Source of the DNA: Pocillopora verrucosa
Taxonomy: Eukaryota
Assembly (NCBI RefSeq): GCF_036669915.1
Contig: NC_089313.1
Location: forward strand, 5,177,331 to 5,241,330
Direction: 5' to 3'
DNA: 64,000 bases
Shown in pieces: positions 13,189 through 23,891 of the stretch. The number at the start of each line of letters is the position of its first letter. The first letter of the stretch is position 1. A model generated the notes under the pieces. The model had not been told where the DNA came from. It saw nothing but the letters and a program-made list of their open reading frames with translations, and searched no databases. Made by a program: the position numbers and the translations under genes.

Positions 13189-16100
13189 TTTGAAGCGGGA
13201 TTAATATGCTTTCTATTCTGTATTCTTCTAAGTCAGAAATAGTGAGATTTTCAGTCTTACATGGCCAAAGATAGCGAAATTGCAACCAATATATATAAAT
13301 AGTTCTAGATGGTACTACGACAGGTTATATTCTCGTTCTTAAGGCGCTCTCGGATGTTTTAAATGGGAAGGACCTGGTGCGAGTACCATGATCATAGTTG
13401 TATTTGAAATAATACTTATTTGAATAACTTTAATTGAAACTTGTACAACGAATCAAATCGTCTTGTCGTTGCAACTTGAAACAAGTTAAAAAACCAGTTT
13501 ATTAAAAGCAATGCAACTTCGAATCACCAGTTCTTCTCATGAGTAACCCATCAATTTACCTTAAGAGTCATGAGACTCTTAGATGCGATGTTTCGTTGTT
13601 TCCTCATCCTTAATTTTTCCATTCTACCCAAGGTAAAATTTCATTCCCTCAGATACCCGGACCCACAAACAATTGCATCTCCTCAAGTTGCTTCAGAGAG
13701 ACGGAAATAAAGTAGGGCAGTAGTCAGTGAGGCGGGCACTCCGGTCAGACTGGAAGTTTCACCTCATCGAAAGTTCGCCTCCTACCACTTATGTAATTCC
13801 CTCCCTAACGTAAAACGAGTTCACCTCAATTTTTCAAGTTCGTCCCCAAATCATCGAAAGTTAGTAACTTGTTTTATTTTAGGCGGCGAACTCGTGAAGG
13901 TGATAGGGGCCTGTGGGCGAACTTGTGATGGGGCGAAACCACCATAAACTATAAGCGTCTAACCCTATAGCTATCTTTGGATCTGTCTTTTCACACAAAT
14001 TAATACGTACATGAAACATCCGGTGTGCCTCCAGACTATAGCACTGAGTATTAATGCAGAAAAGATAGAAATATTAAATTAATTCATAACTGAGCATAGC
14101 AAATGGAACCACATCCTGACGGATATTCAGGATGATGATTGGCCCTAATAAGAGACGACATACTGAACGAGAGAAATGTGCCACTTCCCCTCCAACCCCG
14201 CATAGAACACTAAAATAAAAACAGGCTACGATAAACAGCTTGTACAAGTATGGATTTCTCTATATAGAGAAGGTATCGTTATGTAGAAGAGTGAAACTAA
14301 CCACCCTAAAAAAAAGTTAAGAAATGAGAATTTACCGCTTAAAGCAAGATGATCACGAAATTTTGACAGCCGGAGAATAAATGTGCTAAGTCAGTCACTA
14401 TTTTAATATCACTTCTGTTGTTGTGATGACCAGTTCAGCCGAGTGTTATATATACGCAAGTGCAATTCGCATTCCGAAGTTCCTTGTCTCATCGTAATGG
14501 TGTTTATACCATGCTCTCAATGAGGTAACTTGCATGCATATAGGACCACACCCAACGCACTAAGCTGAGGGTCGTCTTTCACCCGGGCAGGTCCGACCAT
14601 GTCACTTCTAACCATGCTGGACGGTAATCGATCAAGTCGCCAGAAAATCATCTCACCCGAAGTTATGTGTTTTACAGGTGATAAAAAAGTTGGATGACTT
14701 AATTCTGGTTTTGAGCGATCAGAGCACCAAGAGCATGAAGTTTACGGCAAGAACTTAGCGGTTAAAATAGAACTTCTTGTCGTCTGATCTCCGCAGTTCC
14801 AATACCGAAGTGAAGGTATTTGCACTATCTGCAAAAATGAGTGTTTGTTTTGCCATTTGCTATAGTATCAAAGAGTATAGCTCATACGAAATTTAAGTAA
14901 AATCGAAGTTCATCCTCGCTGTTTGCCATTGCCATAAACGTCGGGCGCAAAGAAGTTCAAGTCTCTATTGAAGGGAAAGGACAAATGAGCATTAGGACTT
15001 GTCGTCACATAGAGGATTTGACTGATCATGACGATATGTTCTTGCTGTTAACCAGTCATGTAATTTCACAAACAAGGGTTTTGATAACGTTTTCCATAAG
15101 CAGCTGCCGATGGTGAGATGGGGGGAGGGGGTGCTGTGCCCGAAGGAGGGCTCGTAAGGGAAAACCCAAAGACGAGAGCCTGCTCGCAAGCTGAACAGAC
15201 GCCAGCAAGGTCTTACAAACCTCGTTTTCCCAGTTTGTACTGCTTGTTACAAACCTCGTTTTTTCCGAAGTTCTGAAAGATTTCAATCGATACAAATTCT
15301 TTTAATGGGCCGTGCAGTGGGATACGGCCCATTGAATTGAATGATCATGGTGCACGTTTCAGTGCCGCGGAAATTGCAAGTATAGCCTGAAATTAGTAAA
15401 GGGGGTATTTTTCTAAAGAAACTGTGGTGCTACATCGGTGGGGTGTATAACGAGATAATTTGGTTTTATCAACTGGCTGACTTTCCGAGCGATTACCCCT
15501 TTTCAGAGCGATGACAAAGAGCTAACGCTCAAAACGTCAGCTTTGGAACTCTTTATGGTACGGTTGTCAAGTTACATTATCACCTCATTTGATTGAAACC
15601 AAATTATCGCAGTATAAAATTTGTTTGGTAAAATATTCATTCTCCTAATCCTTTCAAATCTTTTCATCAAAATTGGGTCAAGTTGGCGAACTCAGATGTA
15701 GAAAGACTCTTTTCATTTGAACAGCTCGGCCCTGTGTTCAGGAAGCGGATACTCTATTCGAAAATTTGAGTATGGGTTTGCACTTTGTTTAGTATTAATG
15801 GCGATATTTTATGTTCACTAATAGTGACATGCGCACTTACTAGTTGGCGAGTACCAGCTGTAAACATAGGGGATACGCCAACCCATAATTCATAGCACTC
15901 CGTCGCTTCCGTACACGAATACGCGTGTAAGAATTTGAGAGAGTGAGGTGATAAATTCGTATTGCCAATAATGGAAGAAGAAAACTAAAGAGGTCATCCC
16001 CTTTAATTCCCTGACGAAAAAAAGACGCTTTTGAAAACAAAAATCATTACAAATCAAGTAAATTCGATACGAAAAAATTTTAAATAATTTCACAGAAATC

Positions 16101-16299
16101 GTTATCATAAAGAGACCAATGAAATTGGTTAAAGATTGTAGCAGCTTCCCAAGGTGTAAATAAGATATTTTAGGATGGGGAGCATACTTCAAATGTAATC
16201 CAGTTTGACGATCTGTAGAAAAAGCGAATTGCAATTGACATCCAGTCCATTCGTAGCGATAAGGCTGATCGCAACACAGAATTTAAGTCAGTTCTTCAG

Positions 16300-16610
16300 T
16301 CACCTGACTATTCAGGGTTACCGGTCACTTTGCCGACATGCCAACTCGCCGACACCATTGGTCACCTCGCCGACACTACTTAGTCAGTTCCTCATGGAAA
16401 ACAAGGTTAAATCGGGGCCTTTTATAACAAAGTTAACAGTTTCGAATGAAAACTAGCCGATACAAACACAACAATAAATACTTTAGACTACAAGAAATTT
16501 TTTAACCGACAAAACGTTGGTTAGGGTTAGCGAGCTGACGAGTTGGCCATTAGTGTCGGCGAGTTGCTTGCCAGTGAGTTTACATGTCGGCGAAGAGACC
16601 TTGTATCCTA
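16300..16610. repeat. Inverted-repeat pair (…ttgccgacatgccaactcgccgacaccattggtcacctcgccgacac… and …gtgtcggcgagttgcttgccagtgagtttacatgtcggcgaa…) in the KMT5A 3' flank
   Basis: Arms of about 50 bp are imperfectly complementary. They share the tcgccgac motif with the TIR of the 6282-7081 element. Possibly a related MITE. Confidence 0.4.
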
Positions 16611-16622
16611 CTAAGAATATCT

Positions 16623-16839
16623 GCACTAGCTCTTTAACCATTCATGAAATTGAAGGATGTCTTTGCTTCTTTCTCCATAATCGTAGAGAAGTTCTTCTCC
16701 CACTTTGACGTCTCTGTTTGTTTCCAGTATTAGGTAAGGTCTGTCTTTGATTGACACCAGCCTTGTTACACAATTGGCTTCCGTTCTGCTGTGATTCAAA
16801 AGCCGACCCAGTCTGCCGCTTTCTTTCGTGGCATCAACA
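16623..16839 (-). CDS. KMT5A: KMT5A-like last exon, SET domain C-half with stop
   Basis: ORF track 16626..16847. Encodes VDATKESGRLGRLLNHSRTEANCVTRLVSIKDRPYLILETNRDVKVGEELLYDYGERSKDILQFHEWLKS*. Human: VDATRETNRLGRLINHSKCGNCQTKLHDIDGVPHLILIASRDIAAGEELLYDYGDRSKASIEAHPWLKH. Confidence 0.92.
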
Positions 16840-17219
16840 CTAACCAATTGAAATAATGATAAAAAAAAAATTAAAAAATATCTACGCTGCTTTTTCCTGT
16901 GAATTGCATTAGGTTTCGTTTTCGTAAATAAAAACTCCTAAAGTAAAGGAAATACCGCTCTAAAGTTTTGCTAAGTGGGAGAGGAGTGGGGATCATTGTG
17001 TAATTTTACTCCAAAGTGTTGCTAAGTAGGAGAGGGGTAGAGAGTCCTTGATCTCTTCTATGTCAAAAAAGTGATAGGTCATTAAAACAAAACAACCAGG
17101 CATAACCAAATTAGTGGTACAACTCTAATGAAGGACCCTATGATAGAAAACTCTGCCAATGCTGCTGCTCAAAGGAAGACACTATTAGATGTTACAAAAT
17201 ACTTTTTTACAGGGCTTAC

Positions 17220-17410
17220 CAGTACTTTTTGTCCTTGAAGTTGAAATAATACATATAACATCCAAATTCTGTCTTTCCTTCATAGAATTTCTCTCGTTCC
17301 TTTGCAGTTTCATAATTAATAAGTTCACCAGCATATTCGCACACAAATTGTCCTCTTGTGAAGTCTATTTTGGCAAAAACACCTCTTCCTTTACCCTCTA
17401 CCTCTTGTAC
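17220..17410 (-). CDS. KMT5A: KMT5A-like exon 6, SET domain N-half
   Basis: Acceptor aaaccag|, donor tactg|gtaagc. Encodes VQEVEGKGRGVFAKIDFTRGQFVCEYAGELINYETAKEREKFYEGKTEFGCYMYYFNFKDKKYC. Human: KIDLIDGKGRGVIATKQFSRGDFVVEYHGDLIEITDAKKREALYAQDPSTGCYMYYFQYLSKTYC. Confidence 0.9.
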
Positions 17411-17931
17411 CTGGTTTGAGAATTATGACAAACCTCTTAGTTTCTCTTTGCAATCAAAATGGGTACATAATTCAGCTTATCATAGATTCAATTGTTGTAC
17501 ATCTTCAGATTCAACCTTTTAACACCTAAGAGTGATTAGTAACTATTTTCTCAAATCAGTATTACCCTTAAACAAACATGGAAGTCATGAGAATAAAGGA
17601 AATGATCACCAACTAAAGAAGCTCTTGATTTAGCTCCCAGAAGTGATTAACATAAAACTTCTCCCTACAATATCCATACATTCTTCAGCAAACAGCTAAT
17701 GAGAATATTCAAACTTATCAGGTAGAAGCTGCTATCTTGCTCTAGCACCAAGTTCTCATAACTAATTTACAAGGAAATGTGTAGCAGCTACAGGGGAGAA
17801 TTAACAATCAGATCTTGGGAGTTAAAGGGTTAAACAAATTCTCTTTGTCAGTCCCATAAGAAATGTATCAAGAACAGTATGAAGATAATGTATACTGTTG
17901 TTGGGGTGTAAAGGGTTAATATCTGCCTTAC

Positions 17932-17991
17932 CTCTAGACCTTCCTCTTTGCCTGATAACAAGGCCTCCTCCAAAGCTTTTTGTTTTTCATT
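17932..17991 (-). CDS. KMT5A: KMT5A-like exon 5 (NEKQKALEEALLSGKEEGLE)
   Basis: Acceptor gattgtag|, donor tagag|gtaagg. Matches human ERKRIDELIESGKEEGMK. Confidence 0.85.
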
Positions 17992-18131
17992 CTACAATCA
18001 AAATACATTTCCTTAAACAATTAAAAAGTGAGACTGATGTTAGTCAGGAAAAAGGAAAGACATGCAGAAACTAAGGAGTGTTATGGAAATTTAGGAAAGC
18101 TAATTTGTTGTATGAACAAATAAGTTACTAC

Positions 18132-18225
18132 CTCTAGAACTGATTTGCTCTTGCGACCACTTCTCCTAACAGGAAAATATTCAGACACCTCAGTTTGTCG
18201 TGACTGCTTCACTTCTTTTTTCTTG
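18132..18225 (-). CDS. KMT5A: KMT5A-like exon 4 (…EYFPVRRSGRKSKSVLE)
   Basis: Acceptor tttttcag|, donor ctagag|gtagta. Matches human KMT5A TDFYPVRRSSRKSKAELQ. Confidence 0.85.
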
Positions 18226-19204
18226 CTGAAAAATTTAAAAGCAAAGAAGATAAAGGACATAAAAAATCTTTGGTTGAAAACCAACTTGCGAGTTCTTTAA
18301 CCCTTTAACCCCTAAAAGAGTCCAGCATCTAATTTCTCCTTACAATATCACCCTTGAATCAAACATTAAAGTCATGAGAATAGAGGAAATGATCACCAAC
18401 TAAAGAAGCTCTTGATTGTTGAACAAATTCTCCTTGTCAGAACCCTAAGAAATGTCTAGGGAGTAGTAAGGAGAGTATGCATACTGATGTTAGGGAGTAA
18501 AGGGTTAAGGAATGTCTCCTGCAAGCTACAATGGTGAGAATAGAGTGTCTTACTTAAGAGCATAACACAATCATCCAGCACAATCTCAGGCCCAGACCTC
18601 TTGACCCACACTGAGCTAACCTCTAGGTTACCATATCTTCCACACTATAACTTTGTATTAAATCATTTCTATAACTATCCTAACTATAACCATCACAATT
18701 TCTTCAAATGTGCGTTAGCTGCTTTATCTTTCTCTTATTATTCTGTAGAGTTGTAATCAGACAGTGTAATCAGACAGCTGACTGTAATCAGACAGCTAAA
18801 TTAGCCAATTATACTAGGCCCACTCAGCCAAATCCACTAAACAGATAATTGCTTACAATAGCCATAGCAACAACCTCCTCCCTACAAAACTGGGGAATTT
18901 CCAACTTCAGACAATGTGTATACCTTTCGTCAATTTTGACTTTTTTCCAGTTTTTCTTTTTCTTTTGAAATTTTAAGTTATGATTTCTTGGTAATAGGAC
19001 TTTGTGTTGACCAATTCTGTCTTTAATCATACTCGTAATTAATAGATTGGACTCCTTCTTTGCTGTTGTCTGATTCTGTTAATTACTCATTTGATCACAG
19101 ATTGAGTTGGATTCCTTTCAGTCCTATTACCATTATTAATAAATACTTTTAATAACTACTTGTGGCAAACATGATTCTAAGTAATTACTAATCACAAAAC
19201 TAAC

Positions 19205-19587
19205 ATTCTTTTCTTTTTCTCCTTGGCTTGTGTAGGTGAACTATTTTTCCATTTTAATAGATCAAATGCCTGCTGCTTTGTTCTTTCCTCAATTTCAATG
19301 GATTTATTGCATTTCTCATTTTCTGTAGGTGATTTCTTAGAATCTTTAGGCAAAGCTTTGTTCTCTTCATCAACTGTACTTTCTCCTGGCTTTACTGGGT
19401 CACTTTCTGTAAGTTCATAGTTTTGTGAATTTGTTGCTGTCTCATGTGATTTTTGGTGATCATCCTTGCTCTGTAAGTTCTGTTCTGTATTATCAGTATC
19501 TGTAGGTATTCCTTGTGTGGCTGGTGGAGATGAATTACTTTTATTTCCCTTTTCTGGCTTGGTTGGTGACTTGTCATCCATATTTTC
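19205..19587 (-). CDS. KMT5A: KMT5A-like exon 3 (acidic/Ser-rich N-terminal region, ORF 19192..19581)
   Basis: Acceptor ttcacag|gaaaatATGGAT. 129-aa low-complexity ORF. Donor aagaat|gttagt at 19204. Confidence 0.65.
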
Positions 19588-19654
19588 CTGTGAATGCAGT
19601 AAAGAAAGGTTAATGCCTTTACTGAATGTTATGCATTTCTTAGTTAAACACTGG

Positions 19655-19990
19655 AAATACTATAGGGCTGAATTTTTTACAGGCCTTTTTTTCATTCTTG
19701 CTTAAGTAGAATTCATTGATGTGAAGATTGCTTCCATGTTCATTTCTTAAACTCCAGTTCATAGAAATGATTTTCATAAATTCACAGTCATTGATTCATC
19801 TCTTCCTGGGTTTATTACGAACCAACAAAATGACTAGCTCCCAGTTGGCTTGTTAGCTCAGTTGGTAGAGCTCTGCACTGGTATTGCAGACGTCATGGGT
19901 TCAAATCCTGCACTAGCCTGAGTTTTTTCAGGCCTTTTTATCTCTACTACCTAAGAAGTGTTCATTACTGCAAAGATTGCTTTCATATTC
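19655..19990 (+). mobile_element. tRNA-derived SINE-like unit(s), tandem partial duplication, in KMT5A intron 2
   Basis: The string …ctgaRtttttt(a)caggcctttttt…aagattgcttYcatRttcatttcttaaact… occurs twice (19661-19770 and 19918-19990). The second copy is preceded by the tRNA-like head. Confidence 0.5.
19847..19918 (+). tRNA. tRNA-like sequence (anticodon loop CTGGTAT, i.e. GGT/Thr-like). Probably a pseudo-tRNA or SINE head rather than a working tRNA.
   Basis: GGCTTGTTAGCTCAGTTGGTAGAGC…GGTTCAAATCC has Pol III A box (TAGCTCAGTTGG) and B box (GGTTCAAATCC). The anticodon stem is perfect (CTGCA/TGCAG). The acceptor stem has a T-T mismatch and the T-stem is poor (ATGGG/CCTGC). A TTTTTT tract follows immediately. 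The 3' flank is duplicated upstream at about 19661-19770. Confidence 0.4.
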
Positions 19991-20377
19991 ATTTCTTAAA
20001 CTAGAAACCACAATTACACAGGCTGACAGCATCTTGTTCCAAGACAGGATCTGATTTTTGTGTGGGTAATGAAAATGGTTACTAATAAATCCATTATTAT
20101 TTCACTAAAACACCACTTTGCTATATTTAAGCAACAGGGTGTGCAAAATATGTTACACTACTGCTGTACACACTTGGCTATGCCTTGTGCTCCACTTTCT
20201 TGTTCTTACCACATTTTGATGTAAACTGTGATCTGTTACTGAACAGACACATGGCAATATTGAATCTATTTGTTGACAAGCACTCCAAATTATTAGTGAG
20301 TGTATAGCTAGAGTTATTTTGGTTTAGATATTATAAAATATGTTCAAACCATTTTCATTAACTATGCTCACTATTAC

Positions 20378-20475
20378 CTGAACACCAGCAACCACTGATT
20401 TATGTTTACTGGATTCTTCGAGCAGTTCACTGCTCACTGTCTCTGTTTGAACTTTCTCAGAACCTTGCCTACTAC
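20378..20475 (-). CDS. KMT5A: KMT5A-like exon 2 (low-complexity N-terminus)
   Basis: Acceptor ttctag|, donor tcag|gtaata. Encodes SRQGSEKVQTETVSSELLEESSKHKSVVAGVQ and joins in phase 0 to the exon at 19587. Confidence 0.5.
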
Positions 20476-21120
20476 CTAGAATGAACAAATTTGTATCCAG
20501 AGAGTTAACCAGATGAAACACAACTTTTCAAAATTGTTGCATTGCCTTGAATTTTTAAGTCAACGATGGTAAAATGTAAGTCTTATTTGTGGGTGCAAGT
20601 GCTGATTCTTTCGGATTTAGGTTACATACTTTTTCTTAAGTTAGTTTGTAGGCTCAATCAATGCTGCTCTTGTGGCAGGCATGTCTCTGATTGATTGAAA
20701 TTAAAAATGCTGTCCACACAGCAGTTGGTTATTAAGTCTGGCCTGTTTGTACCGAGATCCAGTTGATTTTTCCAACATAGACTGAGCTTGCCAAATGCCA
20801 AAGAAGAAACATTCCACCACAATCCTTAATGTTACCTTTAATTGCAAATTGATATTTCTTTTTATACCTTTGATGCTACCACAGTTTTGCGAGTAAGAAA
20901 GGAATCAACAATATTTTTCACACACTGTTGATCGATAACGGCCCATAAACTCGTTTTACACCGATTCATTTAATTTCCAAAACCGGCTAAGGCACTCCTC
21001 GTATTCATCTCTTCACAGCTGCACACAGTTGAAACTCACACATGTTGTTAGCACTCCAAAAAGATTCTATTCAGCTCTTATAGTTGGATCCTAAAATATC
21101 GGAGAAAAAAGATAATTTAC

Positions 21121-21133
21121 CTTTACGCGACAT
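21121..21133 (-). CDS. KMT5A: KMT5A/SET8-like, putative 13-nt first coding exon (MSRK + phase 1)
   Basis: ATG followed by donor aaag|gtaaat. Joins in frame to the next exon at 20475 (G|SRQGSEKV…). Confidence 0.35.
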
Positions 21134-21804
21134 GTCTTCTCTGTTGCGACGAAAACGGAGAAACCTTGCTTGAAGGCGAATATGATTTGCTCAACAATAA
21201 CATGGACTCCTTCCGTTTAGCGTTTGTATTTTGTATCATTAATTTTGATTGGTCAATGTATTTGTCCAATGAGAATTCTAAAAATTAGGGAGTCATGGTA
21301 GGTAAGGATCATATACTCTTAGGAGTAGGGGAGGGGAAGAAATGTTTTCAATAACGAGGCGCGGAGGGAGGAGGGTACCGGGGACCTGTATCTTCCTAGA
21401 CTTGAGGAGCCTTTGAGGAAGCCAAGAACGGTGGCCTGGAAGGGATAGCGACTTCTTTTGGAGAATTCGCGGAAGTGAAATAAAAAATTCGCAGAGGGAA
21501 AATACGATTGGGAAAAAAAAGTCTCGGAAGTCGATGTCTCTTTTAAGCCATCGTACTTCAAGGACATTGACGCTTTAATTAGATAAACTAACGTAAATTT
21601 CAGCAACCTATGCGTTAACTTACTTCGTAAAGACCATATAATGTCTTTGAAAAATTTATTAGATTGATTTTAAATTAAAATCCCATGACCATATTTTTCT
21701 CTCGAATATCTAAAAATATATTTAGAACAAAAACATCCGCGAAGGAAGATCGCTGTAAGAGCATACCATTCCTCCTTTGATGAAGCTCTTAGTGAAAGTG
21801 AGTT

Positions 21805-21823
21805 CGTGGCGCCTTTTGATTGG
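21805..21823 (-). promoter_or_regulatory. ERSE (CCAAT-N9-CCACG) in the KMT5A-XBP1 divergent promoter, about 170 bp upstream of the XBP1 ATG
   Basis: Plus strand reads cgtgg-cgccttttg-attgg. The minus strand therefore reads CCAAT caaaaggcg CCACG, an exact ERSE with 9-nt spacer. The human XBP1 promoter is known to carry an ERSE bound by NF-Y/ATF6. Confidence 0.55.
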
Positions 21824-21991
21824 CTGACCCTTACATATTTATTCTATTTTGGGAAACAGGCTTACCATATTTGGGATGTCTGATGAAACTTTCCGTAAAA
21901 TTTCCTTGTTTGTAATTGTACACAAAAGGCCTTAGTTATTAGTTTTCTGGAGGAGAAGAGACTTACCTTTGAATTAGTCGTTGAAGGTAAA

Positions 21992-22122
21992 ATGGAATCG
22001 AAAAGCATCGACAGAGAAGCCGTCTTAAAATCACTTGTCCTGAACAATTCAACCACAGATGGCCAGCCTAGAAAGAGAAAAAGACTTGACAATTTATCTG
22101 CCGAAGAAAGGGCTCTTCGAAG
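21992..22122 (+). CDS. XBP1: XBP1 exon 1
   Basis: Encodes MESKSIDREAVLKSLVLNNSTTDGQPRKRKRLDNLSAEERALR(R). Donor ag|gtgggc. Human: …KRQRLTHLSPEEKALRR. Confidence 0.88.
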
Positions 22123-22240
22123 GTGGGCGATCCTTTGTGAACGAAGCAGTGAATCGAACCTTCTATCAAGTGCGATGTATCTCGAAGAAGGTTTCTGTTT
22201 TTGTGTAGGCTCAATGAAATTTCATTTTTGTGTTATCTAG

Positions 22241-22337
22241 AAAACTGAAGAACCGAGTCGCAGCTCAAACTGCTCGTGACAGAAAGAAAGCACGAATGAC
22301 AGAACTAGAAGAACTGGTTGCGCAGTTAGAGAAAGAG
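22241..22337 (+). CDS. XBP1: XBP1 exon 2 (bZIP basic region)
   Basis: Acceptor tctag|, donor gag|gtaata. Encodes KLKNRVAAQTARDRKKARMTELEELVAQLEKE, near-identical to human KLKNRVAAQTARDRKKARMSELEQQVVDLEEE. Confidence 0.93.
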
Positions 22338-22924
22338 GTAATAGTCAAAAAAAAATCTTCCCAAGTCTTCCCTATTTTTAATCTTATACTTTATTAACCT
22401 GACTTAGCGATAAACAGATAATTTCTCGCGATTGATAGAAATTCACTCGAATTTCAACTGAGAAACGTTTTGATACACTTCCTTCGTTAGTTGTGTGAGC
22501 AGAACTGTTTTCATTCTCCCCTGTTTCATCGCAAGCGGTTTTGAGTTTTTAGTTTCGAATCAGTGTTTCGTTTTTGTTTAAGTTGTCGTTGAAAGACTTT
22601 CGTTGAAGAAGTTGTTTTTATGTCTTTCGCCACTAAAATTATCTCAAAATGGAAGCGTAATGCTTCTCGATGTTGGCCCCTCTCGAGATCATTATTGATC
22701 GTAACTAATAATAAATCTTTTGAACTCGGTATATTTTTCCAATATTAGATTTTTTTAATGCGTCATCCACTCCGGGTAGGCGGAAATTATAAAGGAAATG
22801 TACCAAAAGTTTTGTTTATATGATTGTGCAATGATACACCAAGACCAGTAACGTAGTTATTCCTCAATACAATGCCTTGTTGTGTTTTAAGACCGCCCAA
22901 TTTCTATTCTTTGTGTTCTTACAG

Positions 22925-23217
22925 AACAGAACCCTTCGCTTGGATAATGAAAGTTTGAGGAAACACTCGGAAGCTGTAACAATCGAAAACTCGGAGTTAA
23001 GAGTCCGACTTGGTCTTACACCCCCCGTGTCACCAGCTCCAGTGTCTACAAATTACACACCAACCTCAGAAGCCAGTCCAGATACTAAATACAGTCCAGT
23101 TGTGATCAAGAAAGAAGCAGAATATAACGAGTATGCATCACTCTCAGTTTCTCAGCAGCAGGAACGCCTGATTCTGTTTCTTTCTCTGATCACGACTTGG
23201 ATGATGATCAACAACAG
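22925..23217 (+). CDS. XBP1: XBP1 exon 3 (leucine zipper). Holds the IRE1-spliced unconventional intron and the XBP1u hydrophobic tail in the unspliced frame.
   Basis: Acceptor cttacag|. Encodes NRTLRLDNESLRKHSEAVTIENSELRVRLGL… (human ENQKLLLENQLLREKTHGLVVENQELRQRLGM). The unspliced frame ends …SQQQERLILFLSLITTWMMINNR and then a stop in the intron. The +1 frame from about 23156 reads (S)AAGTPDSVSFSDHDLDDDQQQ and ends in phase 0 at the donor cag|gtaatg. Confidence 0.85.
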
Positions 23218-23891
23218 GTAATGGTGATATTTTTTTGATTTTGTGGGTAAAATTTATTTTTAAACCTTAAGAGAGTGAAAGACTTGATAGTGAAATTAGT
23301 GGGATAATGTCTGAGGTGCTGAACTTTTTACTCACTTAGTTGTTATCCACTGAAAATTCACTTTAACTTAGAAATGTGGCAATATCCTCATTTGACGTTA
23401 CTAGGTAACGCTGGTCATGTAATGGATTTTTGTTGATGAGCAGAACAGCTGGTCCATCACTGGTGGGATTTGAAGATGTCTGTTCAGCTGTTTGAATTTA
23501 TTATCAGTAATTCTGTAAATTTTTTACACCAATTTTTTTTTCATTATGAATGGCTTTCTAAATGGTCTTCTACCCTTTCACTCCCAAGAGTGACCAAAAA
23601 ATACTTTCTCCTCACAACATCAATACAACATCAAACAGACGAGAAACGGGAATATGAAATGATATCAATTAGGGGGTTGTCATTTGTTTCAACACTTAAT
23701 TATCAAAACCAAACCTATAAATATTTTCTGGCAGACAGTAAGTATAATTACTAAAGAAATCTTGGGAGTGAATGGGTCAAGAGTATGGGAGGTTGAATTA
23801 AAAAAACAATGAGATGGAATGTGTATCATAAGCATGATAAAAGTAACCTTTGATAGGCATGATTTTAACCCATGATTTGGTGTCTTTTCAG

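Noticed and set aside
15056-16456. ORFs 15056..15295(-), 15890..16234(-), 16205..16456(+) between CLIP1 and KMT5A
   Set aside because: No homology and no splice-consistent structure. The region is the CLIP1 promoter and KMT5A 3' flank and contains repeat copies (family C at 15400-15560, inverted repeats at 16300-16610).
19223-19705. Plus-strand ORFs 19223..19420 and 19466..19705
   Set aside because: Antisense to KMT5A-like exon 3, a low-complexity region that generates ORFs on both strands.
23470-23754. ORF 23470..23754 (+) in XBP1 intron 3
   Set aside because: It overlaps a subfamily B MITE copy (…ccctttcactcccaagagtgaccaaaaaatactttctcctcacaacatcaatacaacatc…). A repeat-derived ORF, not an XBP1 exon.
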